Shown here: piece by piece, positions 54,249 through 63,899 of the stretch | Layout of the letters: each line of letters begins with the position of its first letter | How positions within the stretch are numbered: the first letter of the stretch is position 1 | Source: Myxococcota bacterium | GTDB taxonomy: Bacteria > Myxococcota_A > UBA9160 > UBA6930 | Length of the DNA: 64,000 bases | Direction of reading: 5' to 3' | NCBI GenBank assembly: GCA_965223415.1 | Contig: OZ245002.1 | Coordinates: 5,504,001-5,568,000, forward strand | The notes under the pieces: generated by a model | What the model was told of the DNA's origin: nothing | Seen by the model: the letters and a program-made list of their open reading frames with translations, nothing else | The model's database searches: none | Translations under genes and position numbers: made by a program

Positions 54249-55049
54249 CTACCGGATGCGGCGCTCGCTCTCGCTTCGGGCGACGCCGCGCCGCGCATCG
54301 TAGCGCGCCCGGTAGGCGGCGACGGCCTCGGCGATCCCGCGGGCCAGGCGCTCGCGTTCGTCCTCGGCCTGGAGGGCCCGCTCGTCGGCCGGATGGGTGA
54401 GGAAGCCGATCTCCACCAGCACCGCGGGCATACGCACGCCCATCAGCACGACGAAGGGAGCCTGCTTCACGCCGCGGGAGCGCGCGGCCTCGGCGGTGGC
54501 GATGTTGTGCTGGGTGAGCCGCGCGAACTCCTGGGAGAGGGTGAGCTGCTCGGTGGCGGCCATGTCGCCGAGGATGGCGAGCACCGGATCGTCGGCGGCC
54601 GGCGGCGTGGCGTCCTCCCCGAAGGCCAGGTTCTCGGCCCGGGCCAGCTCGAGCGCGGCCTGGTCGGTCGCCTCCGGGGAGGCAAAAAAGGTCTCGATGC
54701 CCCGCGCGCCCCTGTAGGCGGAGGCATTGGCGTGGATCGAGATGAAGAGATCGGCCTCCGCCCCATTGGCGCGCTCGGTCCGGCCCTCCAAGGGGACGAA
54801 GCGATCCTGCTCGCGGGTCATCACCACCTGGAGGCCGTCGGCGCGCAGGCGCCGCTCCACCCGCTTCGCCACGTCGAGCACCACGTCCTTCTCGACCAGG
54901 CCCCCGCGGCCGCGGGCGCCGTGATCGTCGCCTCCGTGACCGGCGTCGACGACCACCACGTCGAACCGGTCCGCCTCCGCGGCGAAGCCCGGGCACGCCA
55001 GCGCGGCGGCCCACAGCAACGCGCACCCGATGCGCATCCACCTCGACAC
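54249..55049 (-). CDS. N-acetylmuramoyl-L-alanine amidase (Amidase_3, AmiC-like catalytic domain)
   Basis: Signal peptide; DAGHGG, EK, FISIHAN, LVEIGF. Confidence 0.92.
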   Translation of the reverse strand: MSRWMRIGCALLWAAALACPGFAAEADRFDVVVVDAGHGGDDHGARGRGGLVEKDVVLDVAKRVERRLRADGLQVVMTREQDRFVPLEGRTERANGAEADLFISIHANASAYRGARGIETFFASPEATDQAALELARAENLAFGEDATPPAADDPVLAILGDMAATEQLTLSQEFARLTQHNIATAEAARSRGVKQAPFVVLMGVRMPAVLVEIGFLTHPADERALQAEDERERLARGIAEAVAAYRARYDARRGVARSESERRIR

Positions 55050-55181
55050 GAAACACCCCCTGGGCCGCGAACGTATCAAAGGCGGCGCGGGCAGCGAGTC
55101 AGGCCCGACCGAGCGCCCTGGCGGCGACGAGAGAGGACCTCCAGCATGCCGGTCACGGGTCGCTTCCGTACTCTCGATCCG

Positions 55182-57284
55182 ATGCGCCCCCGACCCGCCC
55201 CCCTCCTCGCCGTCCTGGGTCTCGCCTTGGCGGCCGCCTCGCCGACCGGGGCGGCGCCGGCGGTCGCCCGACCGATGACCTCGGCGTCGGTGCCCGCGGG
55301 CGGCGGGGGCACGGCCTTCTTCCTGCGAGCCGGCGACGGCGAGACCGTCGCCGTGACCACGGCCCACCACTTCGACCTCGGCAGTCTCGGCCGGGCGGGC
55401 GAGGTGGAGTTCGTGCTCGGCCGCAGCCGCGCCCGGGTCACCGCGTCGACGCGCCTGTTCGCGGCGCCCGGCCGGCCCTTCTCGGAGCCCGGCGCGACCC
55501 TGGCCGAGGACTACCTGGTGTTCGCCTTGGACGCCCCGCCCCAGGGCGCCCGGGTGCTGGAGCCGGACAGCGGCGCCCCGGACGATCTGGTCGACCAGCG
55601 GGTGCGGATCCTGGGCGTGCCGGCCACCCGGCCCCAGGACGAGGACGACCTCTACGGCACCGTCCGCGAGAGCAGCCCGGGCCGGCTCGAGGTGGAGCTG
55701 GACGTCCCCGCGGATCTGCGCGGCTGGGGGGGCGCGCCGGTGCTGCGCCAGCCGGAAGGAACGGTGGTCGGCATCCTCCAGGCCCAGTGGCCGGAGGGCG
55801 ACACCCTGCGGCTGGGGGTGGGCCCGATCTCCGGCGTCCTTCGGGCCCTCGCAACACCGGCCGAAGGGGGCCTGGGGCTGCCCCTCACGTCCTTCCGTTC
55901 GTCCGAGGAAGACACCCCGGAGGAGGACGACGCGGGGGACCGCTCGGTCTCCGAGCAGCTCGCCATGGGCACCCAGCCACGAGAGCTCCCGGGCGAGGGC
56001 CCACTCCTGGGGCGTGCGGGCGTCCTCTCCACCCAGATCCGCCTCGAGATCGAGGAGCCGCCGGACGGCGCCGTCGTCGGCGAGGCGACCGGTGCCTTCG
56101 TGGCGGGGCGGGCCCTGGCGCTCCTCGGCGAATTCCGCCGCTTCGACGTGGTGCTGGTGCTCGACACCTCCGGGTCGACATCGGAGGCCAGTGGCGCGGA
56201 CATCAACGAGAACGGCATCGTGGGGAAGAACCGATGGGGCCTCTTCTCCTCCACGGATCCGGGCGATTCGGTGCTTGCCGCGGAGATCGCCGCCGCACGC
56301 CAGGTGATCCAGGGCCTCGACCCGCGGAACACCCGGGTGGGTCTCGTCACCTTCGCCGGCCATAGCGAGGACCTGCGCGATCCCCGCGCGGGGGGCAGCA
56401 TCGTGATCGGTCCGGCCACCGGCCCCGCAGCCCTCACCGAGGAGGCCCTCACCACCGATTTCGAGCGCGTCCACAAGGCGCTCCAGCACGTGATGGAGCG
56501 CGGGCCGACGGGCGGAACCAACATGGGCGCCGGCCTGCGCCAGGCGATCCGCGAGCTCAAGGGCTTTCGCGGCGGCCTCTCGACGCCGGACCCGGAGAGC
56601 GAGAAGGTGGTGCTGTTCTTCACGGACGGCGAGCCCACTGCCCCCTACGACCCCAGCGACGTGCGCGGAAACACGCGCACGGTGCTGCGCGCCGCCGATG
56701 CGGCCGCGCGCGCCCACGTGCGCATCCACTCCTTTGCGATCGGTCAGAAGGCGCTGAATCGGCCGGTGGCGGCGGTGGAGATGGCCTCGCGCACCGGGGG
56801 CTTCTTCACGCCGGTGCGGTCGCCGGGCGATCTGGTCGAGGTGATCGAAAACGTCAGCTTCGCGAACATCGAGACCATCGAGGTCACGAACCTCACCACG
56901 GGCCAGCCCGCCAGCGAGCTCCGCATCCAGGCCGACGGAAGCTACGGCGCCCTCGTCCCGGTGGAGACGGGGCTCAATCGCATCCGCGTGCTCGCCCGGG
57001 CCAGCGACGGCAGTGAAGCCACCGCCGACGTCTCCGTCGGACACGCCGAGGGCGTGAAGCCCGTGCGGCTTCCCCGCGAGCTCGTCGCACTGCGCAACCA
57101 GCTCCTCCAGGAGCGCCTCATCAACCTGAAGCGCGGCCGCGTCGCCGCCGAGCGCGAAGAGGCCGAACGCACCCGCAAGGAGCTGCTCCTCGACATCCAG
57201 GAAGAGCGCACCCGGGCCCAGGAACGCGCGGCCCGCCAGACGAAGGAGCTCGAGCTCGAGGTCGAGCCCATCGAGCCCGAGTAG
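55182..57284 (+). CDS. Secreted protein: trypsin-like domain + Ig-like + VWA domain + coiled coil
   Basis: Signal peptide; TTAHH, EDY, RGWGGAPV; MIDAS DTSGS, GGTN, FTDG. Confidence 0.8.
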   Translation: MRPRPAPLLAVLGLALAAASPTGAAPAVARPMTSASVPAGGGGTAFFLRAGDGETVAVTTAHHFDLGSLGRAGEVEFVLGRSRARVTASTRLFAAPGRPFSEPGATLAEDYLVFALDAPPQGARVLEPDSGAPDDLVDQRVRILGVPATRPQDEDDLYGTVRESSPGRLEVELDVPADLRGWGGAPVLRQPEGTVVGILQAQWPEGDTLRLGVGPISGVLRALATPAEGGLGLPLTSFRSSEEDTPEEDDAGDRSVSEQLAMGTQPRELPGEGPLLGRAGVLSTQIRLEIEEPPDGAVVGEATGAFVAGRALALLGEFRRFDVVLVLDTSGSTSEASGADINENGIVGKNRWGLFSSTDPGDSVLAAEIAAARQVIQGLDPRNTRVGLVTFAGHSEDLRDPRAGGSIVIGPATGPAALTEEALTTDFERVHKALQHVMERGPTGGTNMGAGLRQAIRELKGFRGGLSTPDPESEKVVLFFTDGEPTAPYDPSDVRGNTRTVLRAADAAARAHVRIHSFAIGQKALNRPVAAVEMASRTGGFFTPVRSPGDLVEVIENVSFANIETIEVTNLTTGQPASELRIQADGSYGALVPVETGLNRIRVLARASDGSEATADVSVGHAEGVKPVRLPRELVALRNQLLQERLINLKRGRVAAEREEAERTRKELLLDIQEERTRAQERAARQTKELELEVEPIEPE

Positions 57285-57391
57285 CCCGGCCGAATCGAAG
57301 GCGGCCGGCTGGGGCCTGACCCGAGACTGGGTGCGCCGGCTGGGCGTCGAGGCGCCGCGTCGACAAGGCGCGCGAGTCTCGGGTCGGGCTC

Positions 57392-58471
57392 CTACGGCCG
57401 AACCTCGTAGAAGGCGTTCACCGGGTGATCGATGTCGAGGCGCCGGAAGCGGGTGAAGCCGGCTTCGTTCACCATCGCCTCGCAGCGGGCCGGGTGCAGG
57501 CCCAGGGTGCCGAGGCCCGCTCCGTCCGGCTCCGAGAGAGCGGAGGACATGCAGGTCAGCACCGAGAAGCCGTACATCAGCGAGGCCATCGGGTTGCGCT
57601 CGGCGTTCTCGGCGAAGGTCGCGTGGGCCTTGATGTCCGCGATCATCCACACGCCGTCGTCTCGGATGGCGCGGCGGATCTGGCCGATCACCTGCTCCGG
57701 GTGGGCCATGTCGTGGAGGCAATCGAAGGTGAGCACGAGGTCGAAGCGGCCGTCCTCCGGCAGCGGGTCCTTGCGCGCGTCGTGGAAGGCCGCGTTCTCG
57801 GTGGCGGCCCTCGCGCGGTTCTCCTCCGCCCGCCACAGCGCGTGCTCGGAGATGTCGAAGCCGTGGAACTCGCTCTTCGGAAACGCCTCGGCCAGCTTCA
57901 GGATCGCGGCGCCGGAGCCGCAGCCCACGTCCGCCACCCGGACGCCCGCCTCGAGGGTCTCGCGCAGACCTTCGATGGCACCGACGCCGACCGGAACGAG
58001 GAAGTGCTTCACCCACGGAGCGAAGCCCCGCTCGACGCCGCGGGCACCGTCGGGACCGAAGGCGTCGTAGGGCAGGCCGAGGCCCGTCTGAAAGGACTCG
58101 CGCAGGCGCTCCGCCACCGCGAGCTGGGTCGGGAGCTGGGTGAACATGCCGGCTCCGAAGGCCGGGTGGTCCTCGTCGGCCAGGACCGCCGCCGCCTCGG
58201 GCGTGAGCCCGAAGCGCCCGCCCTCGTGCTCGACCAGGGCGGCTGCAGCCTGGTTGTGCAGCCACTCGCGCACCCAGCGCTCGTGGAGACCGGTGGCGGC
58301 CGCGAGGCCGGCGGAATCCGTCGGACCGTGCTCCGCCAGGGCACGGTAGAGGCCGAGCTCGTCGCCCAGGTAGACGAGCGCGGAGGTGACCGCGCCGTTC
58401 AGGAGGCCGAAGACGTGCTTCGCGGTCTCGCCGAGGCGCTCGGGATCGATCGGTCGGGGGGCCTTGGTCAT
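57392..58471 (-). CDS. Class I SAM methyltransferase with N-terminal wHTH (Rv2258c-like)
   Basis: LGDELGLY, ERWVREWL, DVGCGSG, FDCLHDMAHP. Confidence 0.9.
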   Translation of the reverse strand: MTKAPRPIDPERLGETAKHVFGLLNGAVTSALVYLGDELGLYRALAEHGPTDSAGLAAATGLHERWVREWLHNQAAAALVEHEGGRFGLTPEAAAVLADEDHPAFGAGMFTQLPTQLAVAERLRESFQTGLGLPYDAFGPDGARGVERGFAPWVKHFLVPVGVGAIEGLRETLEAGVRVADVGCGSGAAILKLAEAFPKSEFHGFDISEHALWRAEENRARAATENAAFHDARKDPLPEDGRFDLVLTFDCLHDMAHPEQVIGQIRRAIRDDGVWMIADIKAHATFAENAERNPMASLMYGFSVLTCMSSALSEPDGAGLGTLGLHPARCEAMVNEAGFTRFRRLDIDHPVNAFYEVRP

Positions 58472-58496
58472 GGGCGGAGGATACCCCGCCCGGCCG

Positions 58497-59003
58497 CTAG
58501 CCCGGCGGGGAAGCGGCGTCGGCGGGGGGCCCGGGCAGGTCCGTGATCTTCGGTTTCACCCGCTGGAGCTCCACCTCCTCCCCCCTGCGGCGCTTCTTCG
58601 CCAGGTAGGCCTGGAACTTCTTGAAGGCCTTGGGGCGCTTGCGCTCGAACCACTCCATGAAGGGGTCGACCTCGCTCCACACCCACTTGTCCGGCGCCTC
58701 GTCCTTCACGTGCTGCTCGCACTCGCGCCAGTCGAACTCCTTGCAGATGACCGGCCGGGTCTCGTAGATGTTGCACAGCCCCTCCGCCGAGAGCTGCTTG
58801 CAGCGCGCCTCGAAGCGGATGTACCAGCTGTTCTCCCAGTCGACGAAGACCGACACGCCCTGGTGCAGCAGGTACCAGATGACGTAGTCGTATTCCTTGT
58901 TCGTCGTCGGCTCGTCGATCTCGACGGCTACGTAGGTGCAGCACTTCGTGCAGTCGAAGCACGGATGCTCCGACTCTTTCACGATCGGCAGCAGGTCGTC
59001 CAC
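58497..59003 (-). CDS. YkgJ-family CxxCxxCC Fe-S/Zn protein
   Basis: CFDCTKCC, RCKQL...CNIYETRPVICKEF. Confidence 0.9.
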   Translation of the reverse strand: MDDLLPIVKESEHPCFDCTKCCTYVAVEIDEPTTNKEYDYVIWYLLHQGVSVFVDWENSWYIRFEARCKQLSAEGLCNIYETRPVICKEFDWRECEQHVKDEAPDKWVWSEVDPFMEWFERKRPKAFKKFQAYLAKKRRRGEEVELQRVKPKITDLPGPPADAASPPG

Positions 59004-59065
59004 CGGCCCCCCCTTGCTCGCCGGCGAGAGTAACGTGCCGGGGCGCCGAGGTACACTCCGCCGCC

Positions 59066-59866
59066 ATGAACGACGGCCTTCCCTACGACTACGTGGACTC
59101 GGCGCTGCACGAGCGCCGGGAGCGGGTGTACCTCGTCCTGGCGGGCCTCTTCCTGGGCTCGATGACGATGCTGAACATCCTGGGCGTCTCGCGCTTCCTC
59201 GATCTCTCCTTCGAGCTCGGCCCGTGGACGATTCCCCTGCCCCTCGCCGTCGGCGTGCTCCCGTACCCGGTCACCTTCCTGTGCACGGATTTCATCTCGG
59301 AGCTCTACGGCCGCAAGCGCGCCAGCCACGTCGTGTGGGTGGGCCTCGGACTGAACCTGTGGGTGGTCTTGTTCCTGTGGCTGGGCGGCGTGCTGCCGCC
59401 GGAGACGGTCTTCGAGCCCACCTCCGGCCTGCCCGCCGCCGATGCTCACGACTTCGCCTTCTACCGGATTCGCCAGCTCACCATGGGCGCCGTGCTGGCT
59501 TCGATGGTGGCCTACCTGGCCGCCCAGCTCGTCGACGTCTACCTCTTCCACTTCTGGAAGCGCCTCACTCGGGGCAGGCACCTGTGGCTCCGCAACAACG
59601 GCTCCACCCTGGTGAGTCAGCTCGTGGACACAGTCTGCGTCATCACGATCACCCATTACTGGGCGCGGGGGCTGCCGATCGACGAAGCCCAGGCGATCTG
59701 GCCCCAGCTCGGGGTGTTCATCGCCTCCGGCTACGTGTTCAAGCTCGTCGTGGCGCTCGTCGACACGGTCCCCTTCTACCTGGGGACCGCCTGGCTCTCG
59801 CGCTACCTGCGGATCGACCCCCACGCCGAGCACCGGCTGTGGGAGGAGCGGGACGAGCAGGCCTAA
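59066..59866 (+). CDS. Queuosine precursor transporter (YhhQ/VUT family)
   Basis: YPVTFLCTDFISELYG, ASMVAYLAAQLVD, LWLRNNGSTLVSQLVDT. Confidence 0.93.
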   Translation: MNDGLPYDYVDSALHERRERVYLVLAGLFLGSMTMLNILGVSRFLDLSFELGPWTIPLPLAVGVLPYPVTFLCTDFISELYGRKRASHVVWVGLGLNLWVVLFLWLGGVLPPETVFEPTSGLPAADAHDFAFYRIRQLTMGAVLASMVAYLAAQLVDVYLFHFWKRLTRGRHLWLRNNGSTLVSQLVDTVCVITITHYWARGLPIDEAQAIWPQLGVFIASGYVFKLVVALVDTVPFYLGTAWLSRYLRIDPHAEHRLWEERDEQA

Positions 59867-60534
59867 CGAGAGGCGAAAGCCAGGCTCGGCCGGACGCTGA
59901 ACTCGGAGGTCTCGCTGAAGACCTTCAGCGGCACCCAGCCGGCCACCTCGGACATGCGCGGCATGCCGCGGGTCATCGCGCCGGTCGGGTCGATCACCCA
60001 GGGATCGTCGGGTCGGTCGAACCAGAGGGTGACCATGTGGTGCTGGCCGTCGGAGGGCCGCACGACGATGGCGCGGAAGACGCGATCGTCCCCGAAGCCG
60101 AGGTCGCGCAGGGCGTGGTAGACGAGGAGCTCGAGGCCATCGCAATCGTCGCCACCCTTGGCCAGCGTGTCCTCGAGGGTCGCCCAGTGATCGATCGGCC
60201 CGTCGGGCACGTAGTGGGCCCGGGCCTGCTTCTGGATCCAGCGCGCCACGCCCGCGGCGACGTGGTGCCGGTCCACCGAGGCGCGCCGCTGCTGCTCCCG
60301 GAACCGCAGGTACTTGCCGCGGAGGTCGTGGGCGGGCACCGCGGCGACCGCCGGGACCGGCCGCTGCTCGCGCACCTGCCAGCCGGCGATCTTCGGGCTC
60401 CAGGGATCCCGGGCGTTCGGCGCCGAGAAGTAGTCGTAGGGCTGGACGGGCTCGGCGGCCGGAGCGGTGGCACAGGCCAGGCCGAGGGAGGCAGCCAGCG
60501 CGAGCACGGCGATGCGGTACGACGTGAGGGGCAT
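59863..60534 (-). CDS. Transglutaminase-like cysteine peptidase lipoprotein (BTLCP/LapG-like)
   Basis: Lipobox GLA-C; DHWAT..DT...GDDCDG, HHMV, VIDP (Cys-His-Asp). Confidence 0.8.
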   Translation of the reverse strand: MPLTSYRIAVLALAASLGLACATAPAAEPVQPYDYFSAPNARDPWSPKIAGWQVREQRPVPAVAAVPAHDLRGKYLRFREQQRRASVDRHHVAAGVARWIQKQARAHYVPDGPIDHWATLEDTLAKGGDDCDGLELLVYHALRDLGFGDDRVFRAIVVRPSDGQHHMVTLWFDRPDDPWVIDPTGAMTRGMPRMSEVAGWVPLKVFSETSEFSVRPSLAFASR

Positions 60535-60696
60535 TGCCCACACTCATCGTCCGCGGGTGCCGGGAGGTTTAGCCTAAGTGTTTGTTTTTGAAACGCTTAT
60601 GGCTGAGCCGGGGCGTTTTGGACCCGTCCCGTTTAGGGATGCAGATCACAGCTGCCGATTCTTGGAGCGGCAGCCAGCCGGCAGGCAGAGGGCAGC

Positions 60697-60834
60697 CTAG
60701 GCCGGGATCTCGGGGAAGACGTTCACCAGGGCGAAGAGGATCACGACGAACCCCACGATCGCGGGGATGCCGCCCAGGATGTAGAGCACGCTCACCAGGT
60801 CGACGGTTCCCTTGTCTTCGTTCTCTTCTTCCAT
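60697..60834 (-). CDS. Small single-pass membrane protein (45 aa)
   Basis: Not in ORF track; GGGAGG SD; MEEENEDKGTVDLVSVLYILGGIPAIVGFVVILFALVNVFPEIPA; GC3-rich codons. Confidence 0.7.
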   Translation of the reverse strand: MEEENEDKGTVDLVSVLYILGGIPAIVGFVVILFALVNVFPEIPA

Positions 60835-60933
60835 GGAGCCTCCCGAAGTGGGCGCACACTAGCGGCCCCCCGTTCCAGCGTCGAGTCACGGAGGAGCGGC
60901 CGGGTATGCTCCGGCCTCGAGAGTGGGGGGGCC

Positions 60934-62115
60934 GTGGGGCGCAGGCGCGTGCTCGCCATCGTGGCGGGCGTCTACGTGGTGGAAGGGTTCCCGATGGGGC
61001 TCTTCTCCGACCTGCTGCCCGTGTACTGGACGCAGGTCGGCATTCCCCTCGCGACGATCGGCCAGCTCTCGGGGCTCTCCCTGGCCTGGGCGGCCAAGCC
61101 GCTCTGGTCCCCGCTGGTGCAGCGCTTCGGCGAGCACCGGGCCTGGATCAGCGGCTCGATGGCCGTCGTGGCGGCGGCGCTCTTCCTGGGCGGGAGCGAG
61201 CGGCCGGAGGTGTGGAGCCTGTGGCTCGCCACCGGCCTCCTGTGCGCCGCGTCAGCGACCCAGGACATCGCGATCGACGCGTACACGATCGGCCTGGTGC
61301 GCCGCGGCGACGAGGGCCGGGCGAACGCGGTGCGGATCACGACGTACCGCGTCGGCGTCATCCTCGCGGGCACGCTTCCGCTGCTGCTCGCCGGCCCCTT
61401 CGGCTGGCGCGTCGCCCATCTCGTCGGCGGCGCCCTGGCCGCGGCCATGGCCCTCGCCGCGTGGCTGGCGCCGCGGGTCCAGGCTGCCGAGGCGGCACAC
61501 GCCCCTCCTCTTCGACTCGCGTTCCGCACCTGGCTGGCGCGGGGCTCGCTGGCCCGGGTGCTCGTCTTCGTCCTGCTCTACCGGGTGGGCGACCTGGCGA
61601 TGGCGCCGATGCTGAAGCCATTCTGGGTCGAGCGCGGCCTCTCGAACGAGGAGATCGCGCTGGTGTCGACGACCCTCGGCACCCTCGCGACGGTCGCAGG
61701 CGCGGCGGTCGGCGGCTGGGCGGTGAGCCGCCTCGGGATCGGCCGTTCGCTCCTGTGGCTCGGCCTGTTCGCCCTCGGCTCGAACCTCGGCTACGCCGCG
61801 GCCGCCCAGCCCGGCATGCCTCGCGAGGCCGTGTACGCGGCGTCCCTCGTCGAGTCCTTCTGCAGCGGCCTGGCCGCGTCGGGCTTCCTCGCGTTCCTGA
61901 TGCGCATCTCCGAGCGCGAGTACGCCGCCGTCCAGTACGCGGTGCTCACCGGCGCCTACGCAGCCCTGGGCCGTCTCGCCGGCATGGGATCCGGCTGGGC
62001 CACCGAGCAGCTCGGCTTCGCCCTCTTCTTCGCCGCCACCGCCGCAATGGCCCTGCCCGCCTTCGCCTTCCTCCCCCAGGCCGCCCGCTGGATCGACCTC
62101 ATCCCCGAGGAGTGA
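60934..62115 (+). CDS. ampG: AmpG-like MFS muropeptide permease
   Basis: EGFPMG, WAAKPLWSPLV, SATQDIAIDAY, LYRVGD, AVQYA. Confidence 0.85.
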   Translation: MGRRRVLAIVAGVYVVEGFPMGLFSDLLPVYWTQVGIPLATIGQLSGLSLAWAAKPLWSPLVQRFGEHRAWISGSMAVVAAALFLGGSERPEVWSLWLATGLLCAASATQDIAIDAYTIGLVRRGDEGRANAVRITTYRVGVILAGTLPLLLAGPFGWRVAHLVGGALAAAMALAAWLAPRVQAAEAAHAPPLRLAFRTWLARGSLARVLVFVLLYRVGDLAMAPMLKPFWVERGLSNEEIALVSTTLGTLATVAGAAVGGWAVSRLGIGRSLLWLGLFALGSNLGYAAAAQPGMPREAVYAASLVESFCSGLAASGFLAFLMRISEREYAAVQYAVLTGAYAALGRLAGMGSGWATEQLGFALFFAATAAMALPAFAFLPQAARWIDLIPEE

Positions 62116-62133
62116 ACGTCGCCGGTGGGGCGG

Positions 62134-62598
62134 CTAGCTGCGCCAATCGGCGGGGACGGAGGCGAGGTCGGCTTCGACCTGGAGCTCGAGGAGACGGTTC
62201 TCGAGGCGCTCGATCTCGCTTCGGTGGCGGCGGATCTCCTGGCGGAGCTGGAAGTCGAGGGGGGCTTCGGCGGTGGTCACACCGGGCAGCGGCGGGGCTA
62301 CCTGCCAGGGCTCGGTGGCGGCGGCCATCTCCTCGAGCTCCCGCTCGGCCTTGGCCAGGGCCTCGCGTTCGCCCGCCAGGGCCTCGCGCACCTCGTCGAA
62401 GCGGCGGCGCCACTCGGACTCGGTCCGGCCCCCCTTCTTCTCGATCTCGTAGGTCCGGCCGCCGGGCAGCTCCAGGAGCCGATCGAGGCGCACCTTGGGC
62501 GCCGCCGGGGGCTCCTCCTCCTCCGCTGCCGCCGGCGCGGCCAGGCCCCAGACGAGAAGGGCGCTCAGCAGGGCGCGACGCTTGGGGGGCGAGGCCAT
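62134..62598 (-). CDS. Secreted coiled-coil hypothetical protein
   Basis: Signal peptide (ALLVWGLAAPAAA-EE), helical hairpin, C-terminal VPADWR. Confidence 0.75.
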   Translation of the reverse strand: MASPPKRRALLSALLVWGLAAPAAAEEEEPPAAPKVRLDRLLELPGGRTYEIEKKGGRTESEWRRRFDEVREALAGEREALAKAERELEEMAAATEPWQVAPPLPGVTTAEAPLDFQLRQEIRRHRSEIERLENRLLELQVEADLASVPADWRS

Positions 62599-62753
62599 GG
62601 GGGGCCCAGGATAGCGGTCGCTGGGACGGGGCGGGCACCCCGTCCCGGGGGGTCTCGGCCGCGGGATCGAGGTCAAGCGCCCCGGGGATCCGCCGATACG
62701 GGGAGATGCCCCACGGTCCCTCCAGGGCCGCCCGGGAGCCTCGAGGAAGCGAG

Positions 62754-63899
62754 ATGGAACGGGAGACGCTGTACCGGCTGCTCCGGCTCGGAATCGAGAA
62801 GGGCGCGTCGGACATCCACTTCCAGGTGGGAAACCTCCCGCTGTATCGCTTCAACGGAAACCTCGTCGAGCTCCGCTACAAGGTGCTGGAGCCCGAGGAC
62901 ACGGAAGCCATCGCCCGCATGCTGCTGGAGGACGACCCCCACGGCGAGACGATGGACTTCAACGAGCTCGACCTCGCCTACGAGCTGCCCGAGGAGGGCC
63001 GCTTCCGGGTCAACATCTCCCGGCAGCGCCGCCACTTCAACATCGTCCTGCGGGTGATCCCGCTGCAGATCCAGACCTTCGAGGAGCTGAACCTCCCCGG
63101 CGTGCTGAAGGACATCGCCCAGGTGCGGCGCGGCTACGTGCTCGTCACCGGTGCCACGGGCATGGGCAAGTCCACGACCCTCGCCGCCATGCTGAACGAG
63201 GTGAACCGCCAGCGGAAGGCCAAGATCATCACGGTCGAGGACCCGATCGAGTTCGTCTTCACCCACGACAAGTCCATCATCACGCAGCGCGAGATCGGCA
63301 CCGATACCGAGTCCTTCCCCGCCGCCCTGCGCGCGGCCCTGCGCCAGGACCCCGACGTGATCATGGTGGGCGAGATGCGCGACCTCGAAACGGTCGACAC
63401 CTCGATGAAGGCCGCCGAGACCGGGCACCTGGTCTTCTCCACGATCCACACCGCGGACGTCGCCTCGACCATCAACCGTCTCGTCTCGTTCTTCCCGCCG
63501 GAAGAGCACATGAACGTGCGGGCCCGGCTGGCGGACAACCTGAAGGCGATCGTGTCGCTGCGGCTCCTGGTCAACAAGAAGGAAGACGGGCGCGTGCCGG
63601 CGGTCGAGGTACTGCGGATGACCCGCACGATGCAGGAGTGCATCCGGGACCCCGCCAAGACCACCGAGCTCACCGACTACATCGCCCGCGGGCGCTCGGA
63701 GAAGATGCAGACCTTCGACCAGCACCTGCTCGACCTGCTCAAGGCGAACAAGATCTACGTCGAGACCGCGCTGGCGGCGGCGTCGAACCCGACCGACTTC
63801 CAGACGACCCTCTCGCTCGAGGGCCACGGCGAGGACGACGGCGAGGACGACGTGAAGCCGCCGGACCCCCTCGAGATCGAGTCGGACGGCAGGTTCTAG
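62754..63899 (+). CDS. pilT: PilT/PilU-family type IV pilus retraction ATPase
   Basis: GASDIH, RFRVN, GATGMGKST, EDPIE, ALRQDPD, AETGHLVFSTIHT, MQTFDQ. Confidence 0.93.
   Translation: MERETLYRLLRLGIEKGASDIHFQVGNLPLYRFNGNLVELRYKVLEPEDTEAIARMLLEDDPHGETMDFNELDLAYELPEEGRFRVNISRQRRHFNIVLRVIPLQIQTFEELNLPGVLKDIAQVRRGYVLVTGATGMGKSTTLAAMLNEVNRQRKAKIITVEDPIEFVFTHDKSIITQREIGTDTESFPAALRAALRQDPDVIMVGEMRDLETVDTSMKAAETGHLVFSTIHTADVASTINRLVSFFPPEEHMNVRARLADNLKAIVSLRLLVNKKEDGRVPAVEVLRMTRTMQECIRDPAKTTELTDYIARGRSEKMQTFDQHLLDLLKANKIYVETALAAASNPTDFQTTLSLEGHGEDDGEDDVKPPDPLEIESDGRF

Noticed and set aside
60560..60690. Riboswitch or ncRNA (c-di-GMP, preQ1) near yhhQ and the transglutaminase-like gene
   Set aside because: No recognisable consensus by eye; an Infernal/Rfam scan would be needed
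53799..63899. Apparent giant fusions 53799-57284, 54249-58265 and 60582-63899
   Set aside because: Only the distal parts are real genes (starts 55182, 55049, 62754); upstream parts overlap other genes in other frames
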